Below are positions 49,010-61,243 of a stretch of DNA of 64,000 nucleotides, piece after piece. Under the pieces are notes generated by a model that worked only from the letters and a program-made list of their open reading frames with translations, did not search any database and had not been told where the DNA came from. This DNA is from Neoconidiobolus thromboides FSU 785 (Eukaryota > Fungi > Entomophthoromycota). Each line of letters starts with the position of its first letter. Positions within the stretch are counted from its first letter, which is position 1. The translations under genes and the position numbers were made by a program. The DNA lies in assembly GCA_025603075.1 (NCBI GenBank), contig MU626296.1:1-64000 (forward strand). Reading direction: 5' to 3'.

Positions 49010-50192
49010 TTATAAGTAAGATTTAAAAAATAATTCTTTTACTACACCCCCAATTTCAGGTATCATATCAGAAGCTTGAGTAGCACGATCATGTTTTTTA
49101 AATGCTAATAAAGAACATTTCCTAACAATTGTACAAGCAGCATAACAACCTGACAGATGAAGCAACTCTTTACTAAATGATTCATCTAAAAAAATAAGTT
49201 TATTACTCATTTTAATCCTCAGTTGTTATAAATTATTGTTATTATTATTACCATCTCCTCTTTTATAATATAATTCTTCCCATGCCATAAAAGCACCAAG
49301 TATACCTGACAATAGATCTCCTTGTCCACCACACCTTTTGGCTCCACTATCAATTTCGCATGAATAAGCTATTCAAAAAGATTATAAGGTTTATATGAAA
49401 CAAAAATTTAAACTTACTATTAATTCCATTCGAAACAATATCAAATTTTCCTTTTTGAATAATAGTAACACCATTCATAGCTAAACTCAACTTATGACAA
49501 AGTTTTTCTTTTTCCATATCCATTGAAATATCCTAAAATAATATTATTACCTACATTCATTGAAAAGGTAATTCTTATTTTACCATTATTTTACATAATC
49601 TTTCAAACTCAACTAAATTTGGAGTAAGTATAGCCTTTTTATAGCCTTTAATAATCTGAGGTTCATTTTGAATTAAAAATAAACCATCCTATAATAAATA
49701 ACCAAATAAATATTATGTTTAACTTAAAATATTAATAAACATTACTGCATCCACAACAATTGGTAATTCCAATTTTTTAGCTTCTAAGATAATCCTCTTC
49801 GCTATCTCTAACATAATTTTATTTCTCGATAACCCAGGACCAATAACAATGGAATGCATTCTCTTCAATACTTGTTTACATTCTTCAACAATCTCTTCCA
49901 TCTCTTCTTCCTTAGTATCTTTTTTAGCAGTTAATAAAGGATGAACAATTAAATCGGGGGAATAAGTTTTTATTACTCCAGCTGCTGAGGTTTCGCAGAT
50001 GACATGTACTAAATCGGTGCCAGTTTTCATGGCTGAAATAGCTGCAAAATATGGAGCTCCAGTGTATTCAAGTGAGCCACCAATTACTCCTACTCGACCA
50101 GATTGGCCTTTGTGGTGGGAACCTCCAAGGATTGGGAGTAGTTTTTTGGCACTGGAGATTAGGGGTTTATTGAGATTTTTTAAGACTTCCAT
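49010..50192 (-). CDS. NAXD: ATP-dependent (S)-NAD(P)H-hydrate dehydratase (CARKD/YjeF-C), multi-exon
   Basis: [60 protein letters not shown]. Confidence 0.92.
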
Positions 50193-50724
50193 ATATTGAA
50201 TGAATTGAAAAAGATGAAGTTGATTAAATATATTTTTATAGGAGTTACAAATGTGATGTCAATTTTTTGAATGTTTTTTTAATGATGATGAAATCCAAAT
50301 TTTTGTGTTAGATAGTTTTTTCTACTTTTAAATTTAGAGATGTTTTTGGATAGAGCTATTTTAAAATTATGTTGAATGTTTTGTATATTTATACGCTATA
50401 ATTGAATTTGAAAGCATTATATCTATAAATATTCGGGTGACTTTTATTTTATTTTTATAGCTTTAAAATAATGAATTCTATATTTAAAAAAATATTAAGT
50501 CTTTTTGATATTTATTGCTTATAATTTAAAATGAAAAAAGAGTAAATTTTAAATATTAAATGTTATATGGTTTGTAATCCTATAAATCAGATTAAATCAA
50601 AATTAGATGTATATAATAATAGAATAAATAAAGTACTTAAATAAAATTATAGTGTTTTAATATTGTACATCAATTATTAAACTTATTTTATAGATTGAAT
50701 TTATTTAGTATATGCAAATAATAC

Positions 50725-52281
50725 TCAGATTTTCCAGGCGAGGCCTTTTCGTACTCTGTTACCATACTCTGGATCAGCTTTACTAAAATGTTCACACATT
50801 TTATTCTGAATCTCTTTATTAGCTCCAGAAAGATGACCAACAATATTTTTAATGAGGTCATCTTGTTCTTCTTTCTCTAATTTCCTATATAAATTACCGG
50901 CTTGAATAAAATCATCATCAACCAATGGCTGAGAATAACGTGCATGTATGTTTTGTTGATCATCATTGTTATTACGATGATAATTGCCATTTTCTGGATA
51001 TTTGATCATTCCTGAGCCCAAAGAATTAGTTGTTATATCTTTAGTTTCTTCATCTTGATCCAATTGAGTAATAAGTGGTTTTGGTCCTTCAAATGAATTT
51101 GGATAATAATTGCGTTTTGGGCCTGGGTTATCGAATGCCATAGAACCATCTCTATGATAAGTATTAAGGTTAGATTTAAATGGACAATTAATAGGAAGTT
51201 GAGTGTAATTAGCACCAACACGATAACGATGAGCATCTGCATAAGCAAACAAACGACCTTGTAACATCCTATCTGGGGAAGGCTCGATACCAGGTGGCAT
51301 ATTGGCAGGGTTAAAGGCCACTTGTTCTGTTTCAGCAAAGAAATTTTCAGGATTTCTACTAAGTGTCATTTGACCAACCTCTTGTAAGGGGAAATCGGGA
51401 TGAGGCCATACCTTAGTAATATCAAATGGATTAAAACGGTAAGTTTTAGCCTCTTCTAAAGTCATCACTTGCATCATCAATTTCCATTTTGGATATTCAC
51501 CTCTCTCAATGGCTTCAAATAGATCTTCAGTTCCGTAATCTGGATTTTCTCCTGCCATTTTAACTGCTTCTTCATCTTTGAAGTTTTTAATTCCTTGTTC
51601 AGATTTAAAATGAAACTTGACAAAATGGCATTCACCTTTATCATTAACTAACTTAAGAGTATGTCCATAATATCCATTCATGAATCTAAATCCCTTAGGA
51701 GTACCACGGTTTGTAAATAAGATAGTAACTTGGTGAGTAGATTCTGGAGTCAATGCCAAAAAGTCCCAAAACATATTTTTATCCTTAAGATTGGTCTGCG
51801 GGTTACGTTTTTGAGTATGGATAAAATCAGGAAACTTGATAGTATCTCTAATAAAAAACACGGGTGTATTATTAGCTACAAAATCAAAGTTGCCTTCTTC
51901 TGTATAGAATTTAATAGCAAATCCACGTGGATCTCGTACACAATCAGGAGCTCCTTTCTCACCTCCAACAACAGAAAAGCGAGTGAATAATGGCGTACGC
52001 TTACCTACATGGCTTAGGAATTTCGCTTTAGTTAAGTGGGAGATATCTTTAGTTACTTCAAAATAACCATGAGCGCCAGCCCCTTTGGCATGGACCACGC
52101 GTTCTGGTACCCTTTCACGGTTGAAGTGAGCAATTTTGTCAATCAAATGAAAATCCTGAAGTAAAATTCCACCATCTCTTCCAGCTGTAAAAGAGTTTTG
52201 ATCATCTTGAACTGGAACACCATGAGAGGTTGTAAGTATTTCTGGTTCCGGTATTATCTTTTTAATTATGTTTTCAAGCAT
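50725..52281 (-). CDS. Monofunctional heme catalase (small subunit), intronless
   Basis: [17 protein letters not shown] (distal His), [10 protein letters not shown], and [12 protein letters not shown] (proximal Tyr). Confidence 0.97.
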   Translation of the reverse strand: MLENIIKKIIPEPEILTTSHGVPVQDDQNSFTAGRDGGILLQDFHLIDKIAHFNRERVPERVVHAKGAGAHGYFEVTKDISHLTKAKFLSHVGKRTPLFTRFSVVGGEKGAPDCVRDPRGFAIKFYTEEGNFDFVANNTPVFFIRDTIKFPDFIHTQKRNPQTNLKDKNMFWDFLALTPESTHQVTILFTNRGTPKGFRFMNGYYGHTLKLVNDKGECHFVKFHFKSEQGIKNFKDEEAVKMAGENPDYGTEDLFEAIERGEYPKWKLMMQVMTLEEAKTYRFNPFDITKVWPHPDFPLQEVGQMTLSRNPENFFAETEQVAFNPANMPPGIEPSPDRMLQGRLFAYADAHRYRVGANYTQLPINCPFKSNLNTYHRDGSMAFDNPGPKRNYYPNSFEGPKPLITQLDQDEETKDITTNSLGSGMIKYPENGNYHRNNNDDQQNIHARYSQPLVDDDFIQAGNLYRKLEKEEQDDLIKNIVGHLSGANKEIQNKMCEHFSKADPEYGNRVRKGLAWKI

Positions 52282-53352
52282 GTTTTTGTAAAATGTTTTT
52301 ATAAGTTGTATTTATATTTTTTGATGCTTTGAATTGACATAAGATTATCATCAATCTTATCATATCTTCATCAATATAAAATCATTATTTCAATAATATT
52401 ATGCTTTTTCTTTGCTTATGCTCATTTTTATTATACTGGTTTTTATTTAAAATCTCACATATTATTAATTTCTATTAGTATTTTGATTGATATTATTCAA
52501 TTGATATAGTGGAAAGCTTGATATTAAGTATGAGATAGAAGAATTTTAATAGTTATTTTCATGCTTTTTTTAGAGTTAAGCATAGTTTAAATTAATAATC
52601 AAACAATAATGAAATAATTTAGGGCTAATATTTACATAATCATTGCAACTTCAAATGGAATAGGCTTAACATTGTATAGTACTTTTATTATAACTGCTCA
52701 AAGTTCATTGATAAGTCTAACTTGTTAAGTTTTTTTAATAGCCAAAAATGACATATTAGACTTGTTAAGTGAATTATTAAGTTGATTTAAAATTTTTATT
52801 TAGAGTATACTTTTTTCGAAAAAAACACATACTTAAATGATTAAACAATAATATAACTTTCTAAATAAATAAGTCAGATAATCTTTTTATTTACTCCAAA
52901 TTTTAAAAATGCTATAAAATTAAATTTATCACCCCAAATTTATACATAAGGTTTAAAAGTATGGCTTATTTCTATTGAACATGCATTTTCAAAATTTTAA
53001 AAACTAATTTAGCAAATTAGTTTGAAGTTCGATATAATAATTCAATAATCAAGGTTAGAATCCCAGGCTGTTGTGTTTCATTGGACAAGGGCTATAATGA
53101 ATCTCTGGTATTTAAAAAATAGAAATAAAAATAATTGCAAAGAGAGGGGTAGAGCAAGTAAAAACTTGCATTTAAAAAAGAACGGTTGGACTTAAACTAA
53201 CGTTTTAGATTATGAGTAAGGGTAAAGATAGATAACGACTATTAAGTGTGGAGTGGAATAAGAGAATATAAAGTACAAAACATTAAATTTATTAATTAAA
53301 CTTTTAAATAATATTATTTTATATATATATTTAAATAATTTTTAATTTTATA

Positions 53353-54978
53353 ATGAGCAATAAAGAGTTTAGTATAGAATTCAGTTCTAAATCGAATAGT
53401 ATAGAATTAGACAACATAGATCAAGGAGAAGCATTAGCAAGTACAAGGATAATAGATGATCGAACTGAAGAAAAAACATATTATCCAACAATAGAGTTTG
53501 AAAAACAAAATAAATTAAGTAGGATATACAAAAGAATAACACATCAAAAATCAATATCAGCTTTATTGTTAAATAGTGATGAAGATGATTTAAAAAGAAC
53601 ACTAAATCGTTATCATTTATTATTAATGGGAGTAGGTGCTATTATAGGTGCTGGTATTTTTGTTTACTCTGGTCTAGTAGCTGCCAATAACGCCGGACCA
53701 GCTGTTATCTTATGTTTTATTATTGCTGGTTTTTCAGCTTCATTATCAGCTTTGGCTTATGCTGAACTATCTTCCATGGTACCAGTAGCTGGTTCCACAT
53801 ATACATTTACCTTTGTTACTTTTGGCGAATTTGTAGCTTGGATGATAGGATGGATGTTAATTCTAGAATATACTGTGGGTACAGCGGCAGTTACTGTAGG
53901 CTGGTCAGGTTATTTAAAAAGTTTTTTTAAAAATGCCTTTAATACAGTATTAGATTCTAAGCTTACTAATTCCCCTATTTTATGGAATGAAGCTGAACAA
54001 AGATTTATTATAACCGGGGATTATTTTAATTTACCCGCTATGCTAATTAATATCATCATCACATGCTTATTAATAGTTGGTACAAAAGAATCAGCAACAA
54101 TGACTTCAATTACTGTTACAATTAAAGTTTTGATTATTTTAGTCTTTATTTTTAGTAGCATTAAATATATTAAACCGGAGCTATGGTCTCCTTTTATTCC
54201 TGATCAAGCTGCTGATGGTGTCTATGGTCATTATGGTGCCTTCGGTATATTAAAAGGTTCTTCAGTTGTCTTTTTCTGTTACACTGGATTTGATGCAGTA
54301 TCTACCATGGCGCAAGAAGCCAAAAACCCAAAAAAAGATATGCCGGTAGCTATCATTGGATCTCTGGTTATCAGTACAATATTATACATTGTAGTATGTT
54401 TAGTTATGGTAGGCTTAGTACCTTATTATTTATTAAATGTACCAGAACCCATTTCACTAGCTATTGAATCAACTGGGTTAACTTGGTTAGCTGCTGTTAT
54501 TGATTTTTCAGCCGTTTTAGGAATTCTTACAACAATTATTATGCAAATGTTAGGACAATCAAGGATCTTTTTTGCTATGGCAAAAGATGGTTTACTACCA
54601 AAAAGTTTTATGAAATTACATTATAGATTTAAAACTCCATATATATCTCAAGTTGTAGTTGGTATTATTACTACTATTATGTCCGGCTGTTTACCTGTAG
54701 ATTTATTAGGTGAACTTTCTGGGGTTGGTACTTTATTTGCATTTGTTTTAGTGAATTTAAGTGTAATGATTTTAAGGTTGAGGTACCCTCAATTAGAGAG
54801 ACCTTTTAAAATGCCTTTTGGGCCGTATTTTTTGCCTATTTTAGGTAGTTTAGTTTCTTTAGCTCTTGTCATTAGTTCATCTCCTTCTACATTAATTCGA
54901 CTTGCTATCTGGGCTTTAATTGGTATTGTTATCTATATTATTTGGTACTTCAAAAATTCAAATAATAGAATCGACTAG
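53353..54978 (+). CDS. APC-superfamily amino-acid permease (CAT/SLC7-like), paralog 3 (more diverged), intronless
   Basis: 541 aa. GVGAIIGAGIF, YAELSSMVPVAGSTY, GFDAVSTMAQEAKNP. The C-terminal tail is shorter than in paralogs 1 and 2. Confidence 0.93.
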   Translation: MSNKEFSIEFSSKSNSIELDNIDQGEALASTRIIDDRTEEKTYYPTIEFEKQNKLSRIYKRITHQKSISALLLNSDEDDLKRTLNRYHLLLMGVGAIIGAGIFVYSGLVAANNAGPAVILCFIIAGFSASLSALAYAELSSMVPVAGSTYTFTFVTFGEFVAWMIGWMLILEYTVGTAAVTVGWSGYLKSFFKNAFNTVLDSKLTNSPILWNEAEQRFIITGDYFNLPAMLINIIITCLLIVGTKESATMTSITVTIKVLIILVFIFSSIKYIKPELWSPFIPDQAADGVYGHYGAFGILKGSSVVFFCYTGFDAVSTMAQEAKNPKKDMPVAIIGSLVISTILYIVVCLVMVGLVPYYLLNVPEPISLAIESTGLTWLAAVIDFSAVLGILTTIIMQMLGQSRIFFAMAKDGLLPKSFMKLHYRFKTPYISQVVVGIITTIMSGCLPVDLLGELSGVGTLFAFVLVNLSVMILRLRYPQLERPFKMPFGPYFLPILGSLVSLALVISSSPSTLIRLAIWALIGIVIYIIWYFKNSNNRID

Positions 54979-56215
54979 TCTTTTTACACAATTTTAACTT
55001 AATGATGAACTAATTTATAAAACTGAGTATATTCCCTACATTATATGGAGGTCATGAATACTTTAAGGAACTTTTAAAGTCTAAATATTAAAATAATATT
55101 TTTTAATATACTTTGATACTCATCTAATGCTGGATTTGTTATTAAAAACAATAATTGAAATAACCACAGTTTGATATCTTTATTTTCAAATATTTACTAA
55201 ATGTATAGCTTATAAAATATATTAATACCAAAGTTTAATTAAATAAAGATTTTCAATATAAGTTACTTAATATTCATTATTTTACAAATTATTTTAATTG
55301 ATTACGACTTTAATGAATTTCTACGTTAAATAATAAGTATACTAATTTTAAAAATATACATTCATTCTTTAATTGACTTTATGATTAATTTTCCACTACT
55401 TCTAATACTCGGAATTATTAGGATAAAATTAAACGCGCAAATAATACCTTATTCAAAGAGCTAAATAAAGGGGCATACTCCTATTACCATTTTATTCATA
55501 CTAACTAATTAAACTAATCCTATATTACATAGTTTTGTATCAGACATATTTAAATTTGATACATAACTAAGTATTTTAAAATTTTTAACTAAATATTTGC
55601 TATATTAAACTTGATTTTTTTAATTTAAAATTGCTACATTTAGAATTTGAAATTTAATTTACAAATCGAGAAAATTCTTTGAATTTAAATAAACTTCTTT
55701 TAATATAGAAAAAGCAGAAGATATTATTGAACATGAAATAAGTATTATATTTGTTCATAATATTATAACAAAACAACTGGAATTCACGATTTAAATGAAA
55801 TTCAATATAAAGATATAAGATAAATTCTTATTAAATTAATCACTTACTCAAATGTATAAAGAACAAAAATTCTCACAGCAACGGATTAATTCAGAATTCT
55901 TGGTAAAATATTCTCACTGAGCCATTTTGAGTATCAAGAAAGTATCATTTTAGGTATCATCTGATGTTTTTTAACTTACTAAAAAGATTCTAATTATAAT
56001 TTACCTCCAAAGGACTGCATAAACCACTTTGTTTTATTCGTCATGATTCACTAGTACATTCACATACAGTAAAGTAATAAATTATTCTAAATATAAATAA
56101 TTAAGCCTTCTTATCAAATGGTTAAACATTTTTGAACATTAGAAGAATAAGTAAGATGAGTAGAACATATATAAACTCCAATTCTATTAATTTTATCATT
56201 TATTGTTAATCAATA

Positions 56216-57016
56216 ATGAAAATATCATTTGTATCTATTAGTCTGTTATCTTTATCCCCTCTCATTTCTGCTTCTGGAGACTGGGGTTATGGTGAACATA
56301 ATGGACCACATCATTGGGGCTCTATTAGTGAAGCCTTTAAAGTATGTAAGACTGGGAAGCGTCAATCTCCTATTGCATTAAAGGAATATGAAACTGATTT
56401 CATTACTCATGAAAATTATGTATCTGAATGGCATAACACAGACCAGAATTTAGCTTATCTAAACAATGGTCATGCTATTTCAGTAGATTTAAGTAATGTT
56501 CAAGTACCCAGTTTTAAATTAGATTGTCATGAATTAGGATTAAAACAATTTCATTTACATACGCCATCAGAGCATATTATCAACGGTAAAAGAGCAGATT
56601 TAGAAGCACATTTTGTGTTTACTGATAAACAATCTAATATCTTTCAAGTATTTGGTGTACTTTTTAATTTAGATTTATTGTTAGGGGATCATAATGGCTT
56701 TTTTAAGGGTATCACTCAAAATAATCAACCGATTAATGAAAAAGATAGGAAAAGAGAATTCCATGGTTTAGAACTTGGTAATTTATATAAATCAGTTCAT
56801 GGGTTTCAATCTGGTCATGTTTACCGTGGTTCTTTAACTACGCCTCCCTGTACAGAAACTGCTAGGTTTATTATTTCAAATCGTATTTTACCAGTTTCTT
56901 TAAGACAGTTAAATATATTAAAAAATGCTGTACATGGCAACAATAGTAGGCCTATTCAGCCTACCAATTTGGAGCATAAGACTGGAAATCTTGATATTCA
57001 AGCGTGTTATAAATAA
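56216..57016 (+). CDS. Secreted alpha-class carbonic anhydrase
   Basis: Signal peptide, WGYG...W, QSPI, NNGH, zinc ligands QFHLHTPSEH and EAHFV, and YRGSLTTPPCTE. Confidence 0.94.
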   Translation: MKISFVSISLLSLSPLISASGDWGYGEHNGPHHWGSISEAFKVCKTGKRQSPIALKEYETDFITHENYVSEWHNTDQNLAYLNNGHAISVDLSNVQVPSFKLDCHELGLKQFHLHTPSEHIINGKRADLEAHFVFTDKQSNIFQVFGVLFNLDLLLGDHNGFFKGITQNNQPINEKDRKREFHGLELGNLYKSVHGFQSGHVYRGSLTTPPCTETARFIISNRILPVSLRQLNILKNAVHGNNSRPIQPTNLEHKTGNLDIQACYK

Positions 57017-57273
57017 AAAATATTATTTTGTTATTTTTTGTTCTTCTATACGATGTTTTTAAGCTAACTTTAATTAGTTTTTGACATTGATAGTTTGCAA
57101 AATCATTTATTAAATTGAATAAAATAAAATACTCATTTAAACTTGATGAAATCAACAAATAACAATAGTCATAGATATACTTATAGCAAGTAATACACTA
57201 TATTCAACTCATTAATTTTATAGATAAAACATATTAAACACTGTGTATTAAAATTTTAGTTCACTTAATATAT

Positions 57274-58247
57274 TTATTTGATTAAAATTTTAGTAAAGAT
57301 TTGGTCAGCGACGTATTTATGAATTTGAGTAGTTGGATGTAATTCATCCCAAAAGATAAAGTTGTTTGAATCACTGCAACGTATAGTATCACTAGAAATA
57401 GTACCATTAACAAATTTTCTCTGTAAGCAACCAATCTCAGTTTCCCATTTATCTACATTATTTAACTTAAAAGTGCCATTAACAAGATCCACAACATAAG
57501 CTAAATATATTAATGAATGTATTAAAAAATAATAAATAACTTACTTCTTGAATTAAATGTATAAATATTTAAATTATTATACTTAGATTTATATTTAGTA
57601 AGTAATTGATCCCAAAGAGATTCAAGCCCTAAAGCAACCTTGGTGATTTGTTCTTGATATGGTTTTGGTAATTTTTTAACATTTGGGGCATAATCTAAAG
57701 GTGAACCCACCATAATTAAGAAATCAGTTAAACTATGCTTCTCAATCAACATAGTTAAAGCCTTATCTAAATTAGCTACCATTCTTTCTGGAGAAGAGTT
57801 TGGCAACTCAAAATCATTACCACCAAATGCAAAGGCCACTAAGGATTTTTTGCAACGAAACGGATTATTCTTTTCTTTTTGGTCATAATATTTCTGATAA
57901 TTTTCTACTTGTTGAATAGCTCCTGGGACTCCTCCTTTAACTAAAGGGGTTTCAAATTCAACATTATCGGAGGTTGCACCGGCATAAGCAAAGTTTTGTA
58001 TTTTCTTTACTTTCATACTTTCGGTCAAGTACTCTATCCAAGTTCTTCCATTAGTATATCTTCCATTGTAATAATATCTATTGTCAGGCAAGGTCTTGTT
58101 GGTATACGTATACAAGTTATTGTAGTCACTTAAACTATCACCGAATATATGGACTTGACAATAGTCTTTAGTCGGACGGACTGCACTTGTAACTACAGCA
58201 AATAAACTTATGAAAGATAACACCTTTTTTATTTCAACCATGATCAA
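57274..58247 (-). CDS. Secreted GDSL/SGNH lipase-acylhydrolase, 2 exons
   Basis: Blocks IFGDSLSD, NFAYAGAT, FGGND and FWDELHPT, plus a signal peptide. Confidence 0.92.
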
Positions 58248-58973
58248 GCTTGAAAATTTTTAGTCACCCGATATTCATTATATATACATCATGATAGTAA
58301 GAATAGTAATATATTGTTTAATCTAATCTAAAGTTATTATATAAACATAGGAGCTCATATTTATCTGAGATTACCTCATAAAGTAACAGCATTCGCGTTT
58401 ATAGTTAGTTCATTTTCTTTATCAAGTACAATCTACAAACTTAAGCTCAAAAAATGCTTCCTTCCATAATAAAATCACTATGAGGTCTGTGGAACCCCTT
58501 TAGAAGTGCATAAAATATTCCGAAAAATAGTCATTACTTTAATTAAAGTCACTAATTAATTTTTATTATTAGACTTATTATTAGTCCTTTCCATAAATAA
58601 CTTCTGATTTTTAGTAAGAAAGTGGTAATGTTAATAGTTATAATGTGATTTATATTTTTAAATTATTTTGTATATAATCTTTTTATTCAAATATATTTAA
58701 AAACGTATTTTCTTTTGTAGCAAATTTTTCACAAGCAATTACATGTTCCTATCATTTTTAATTTTTTAATGTTTCTATCATTTTATTTTAAAAATATGAA
58801 GTTTAGAATCAGATATATAAACTTCCCAAATTGACTGATTTTTACACTTGGATCCAAAAGGTGCAATATAAAAACATAAATAACATTCTCGATTTTTTTC
58901 TATTTTAATTTTAACGTAACCAAAGTATATATAAACACAGTTTGAAAAATTTACGCTATATATCTTTTTAATC

Positions 58974-59882
58974 ATGAGCTTATCTCCCAATATGCTATTT
59001 TTGAAGAAGAGCATATACAACAAGCAATAAGCTATGATTATAAACCTTACTACCAACGCATATCACAATTAGTTTATATAGATGAAGAATTAATAAATAT
59101 ATCACTCAATCCAGAGACTAATAGGGGCTTATATTTATAAACGATGAACTCAGTTGCTTATTTGAAAACATATGGGGATGTGTTTTTGTGTTTAAGAATT
59201 TCACTAACAAATTTTCCACTTAAATAACGCTTAAAAAATGGAAAAAGTAATGAAATAAAAAAAACACTCCCATAACTCATCTTTAACAGAAACAAACCAA
59301 AGCAAATTTAATTAGTTTATAAATAAAACTAAATCTTAGTTAACTTTCAAATCTAGCTGTTATTAGCCACTTACTCTTATTTGTTGTTAATAGAAAAACA
59401 AAGGAAACTATAGGATCAATTTGTATATTAGTTATAGGCTCAAGTATTATTGAAAATGGTATCGTATTAGCTAAGCTTATTAAAGAAAAATATGATGCTC
59501 TCCAAATCAAAGATAAGAAGCTACTATTTTTAACAGAGGGTAAGTATCCAGCTGATTTATCAGATTATTTGGATAAAAATAGCACCAACATTAAAACAAT
59601 AATGATACATAAAATGGTAACTTGTCAATTAAGTGCTCATCTTTTAAACTTATCAAAAGAGATTCAAAATGAATTAAACCGAGTGGTTTTTTTGCTTCCT
59701 GTTCAATTGTATTTTGTTTGGAAATAGTTAAAAATCAAATTGATAAAAATAAGATAGCTTCTTGTTGGGGTTCTACTACTGACTGTTTAAACTTTTTTAG
59801 GCCAAAAGTAGATATCATCGGCTCAGGATCGGGTCTTAAAGTGCACATAGAAGCTATTAGGGAGTATGATAATGATAAATAG
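58974..59882 (+). pseudogene. HEM4: Decayed tandem duplicate of HEM4 with a MITE insertion
   Basis: Aligns by eye with 60078-60907 from ATGAGCTTATCTCCCAATATGCTATTTTTG to EAIREYDNDK*. It has frameshifts and an early stop, retains the intron with the donor changed GT to GC, and carries a MITE in exon 1. Confidence 0.85.
59171..59274 (+). mobile_element. MITE-like element, copy 8, inserted in the HEM4 pseudogene
   Basis: TATGGGGATGTGTTTTTG...AAAAAAACACTCCCATA. The flanks rejoin to align with intact HEM4 (aaaaaagtttacttgtcattaacagaa). Confidence 0.9.
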
Positions 59883-60077
59883 AAATATTGAGTCTCTGTG
59901 TTAAAGAATTCTGTTCATAAATGTTCAAAAATAGAATTAGCATGCTTTGATTTGTTTTATATAAAATTGGAAATAATTTGATTTTTTTCAGTTTCAAATT
60001 GTAACGTAATCAAAAAGTTAAAAACTCATTTTATATAAATTATGTTATAAACCTTTTTTAATTAAATATAGTTTTAT

Positions 60078-60907
60078 ATGAGTCTATTCTCCAATATATT
60101 ATTTTTAAAAGAAAAAGATGAATTGTATACTCAACAATCAGTGAATTTTGGGTATGAGTCCTATTATCAACCTGTTTTGCAAGAAACCTATGAAAATGAA
60201 ATAACTTTAACGAGGTTATTACAAAATCCAGTAAACTATTGGGGACTTATATTTACAAGTAAAAGATCAAGTCAATCATTTAAAAAAGTTTACTTGTCAT
60301 TAACAGAAGAAATTCAAGGTAAATCTTGGCATTATCATTATATGAAACTAATTCTTTGCTAACATTGAATCTAGCAGATCTAAATCAACTACTTTTATTC
60401 TCTGTTGGTCAGAAAACGAGTGAGTGCATTGAAGCTCTTGGGCTGACAGCTATTGGCTCAGATACCACAGGGTATGGTATTAAGTTAGCTAAACTTGTTA
60501 AAGAAAAATATGATACTCTTGAAATAAAACATAAGAGGCTATTATTTCTAACAGGGGATAAAAATCGAGTTGAGCTACCTAATTATTTGATTGAAAATAA
60601 TATTGAGTTCGAAAAGTTAAGAGTATATAGAACAGAGCCTAATCAACGGTTAAGCCTAGAATTTTCAAAATTATCAAATGAAGTGGAAGGCAATTTCAGG
60701 TGGTTGGCTTTTTTTTCTCCTTCTGGTGTAGATGCTTGTTTAGAAATTTTCAAAAATGAAAAAACTAAAAATTGCAAAATAGCAGCTATTGGTAATACTA
60801 CTGCTGATTATTTAAAAAAAGTCGGAATAGCAGTACATGCCATTGCTTCAAAGCCAGAACCTAAAGCACTATTAGAAGCTATTAAGGAATTTGATATTAA
60901 AAATTAA
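60078..60907 (+). CDS. HEM4: Uroporphyrinogen-III synthase, 2 exons
   Basis: YWGLIFTSKRS, LFSVGQKT, LLFLTGDKNR, VYRTE, LAFFSPSGV, IAAIGNTT and SKPEP. Intron gtaaat...gctaac...tag at about 60320-60375. Confidence 0.92.
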
Positions 60908-61243
60908 AAATTAAAAATTGATTGCTTTGTTTAAAATTTATATTAAAGTCTAGGGATTACAATTTTAATGATTTATTTAAATTTCTCCAAGTTATAAATT
61001 ACAATTTTAATGATTTATCTTTAAATTAGTTAAATCTTCTTACAAAATTAACTCCAAACCAATAAAATAAACTTCCTAGTGTTACATATTGCATTTAAAT
61101 GAAAAGCGATTATTTTGATTTGCCCTTCGCTTCATTTAGGTGTAATGATTGCGTAATTTAATTTAGCTCACGTTCTTATTAACCCAAAAGTATATCAGAA
61201 TAAAATAATCATAGTTTTTGTTATTTCTTTCTTAATTTTTATA

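Noticed and set aside
58778-59056. 92-aa minus-strand ORF
   Set aside because: It overlaps the 5' end of the HEM4 pseudogene in antisense and has no recognisable motif.
13646-59274. CRISPR or tRNA interpretation of the recurrent 104-bp repeat
   Set aside because: The copies are dispersed with no regular spacers, the context is eukaryotic, and there is no cloverleaf or A/B-box pattern.
60953-61030. Short direct repeat ATTACAATTTTAATGATTTAT (two copies) upstream of the transposase-like ORF
   Set aside because: It is a direct, AT-only repeat with no matching inverted copy downstream of the ORF, so it is not a transposon end.
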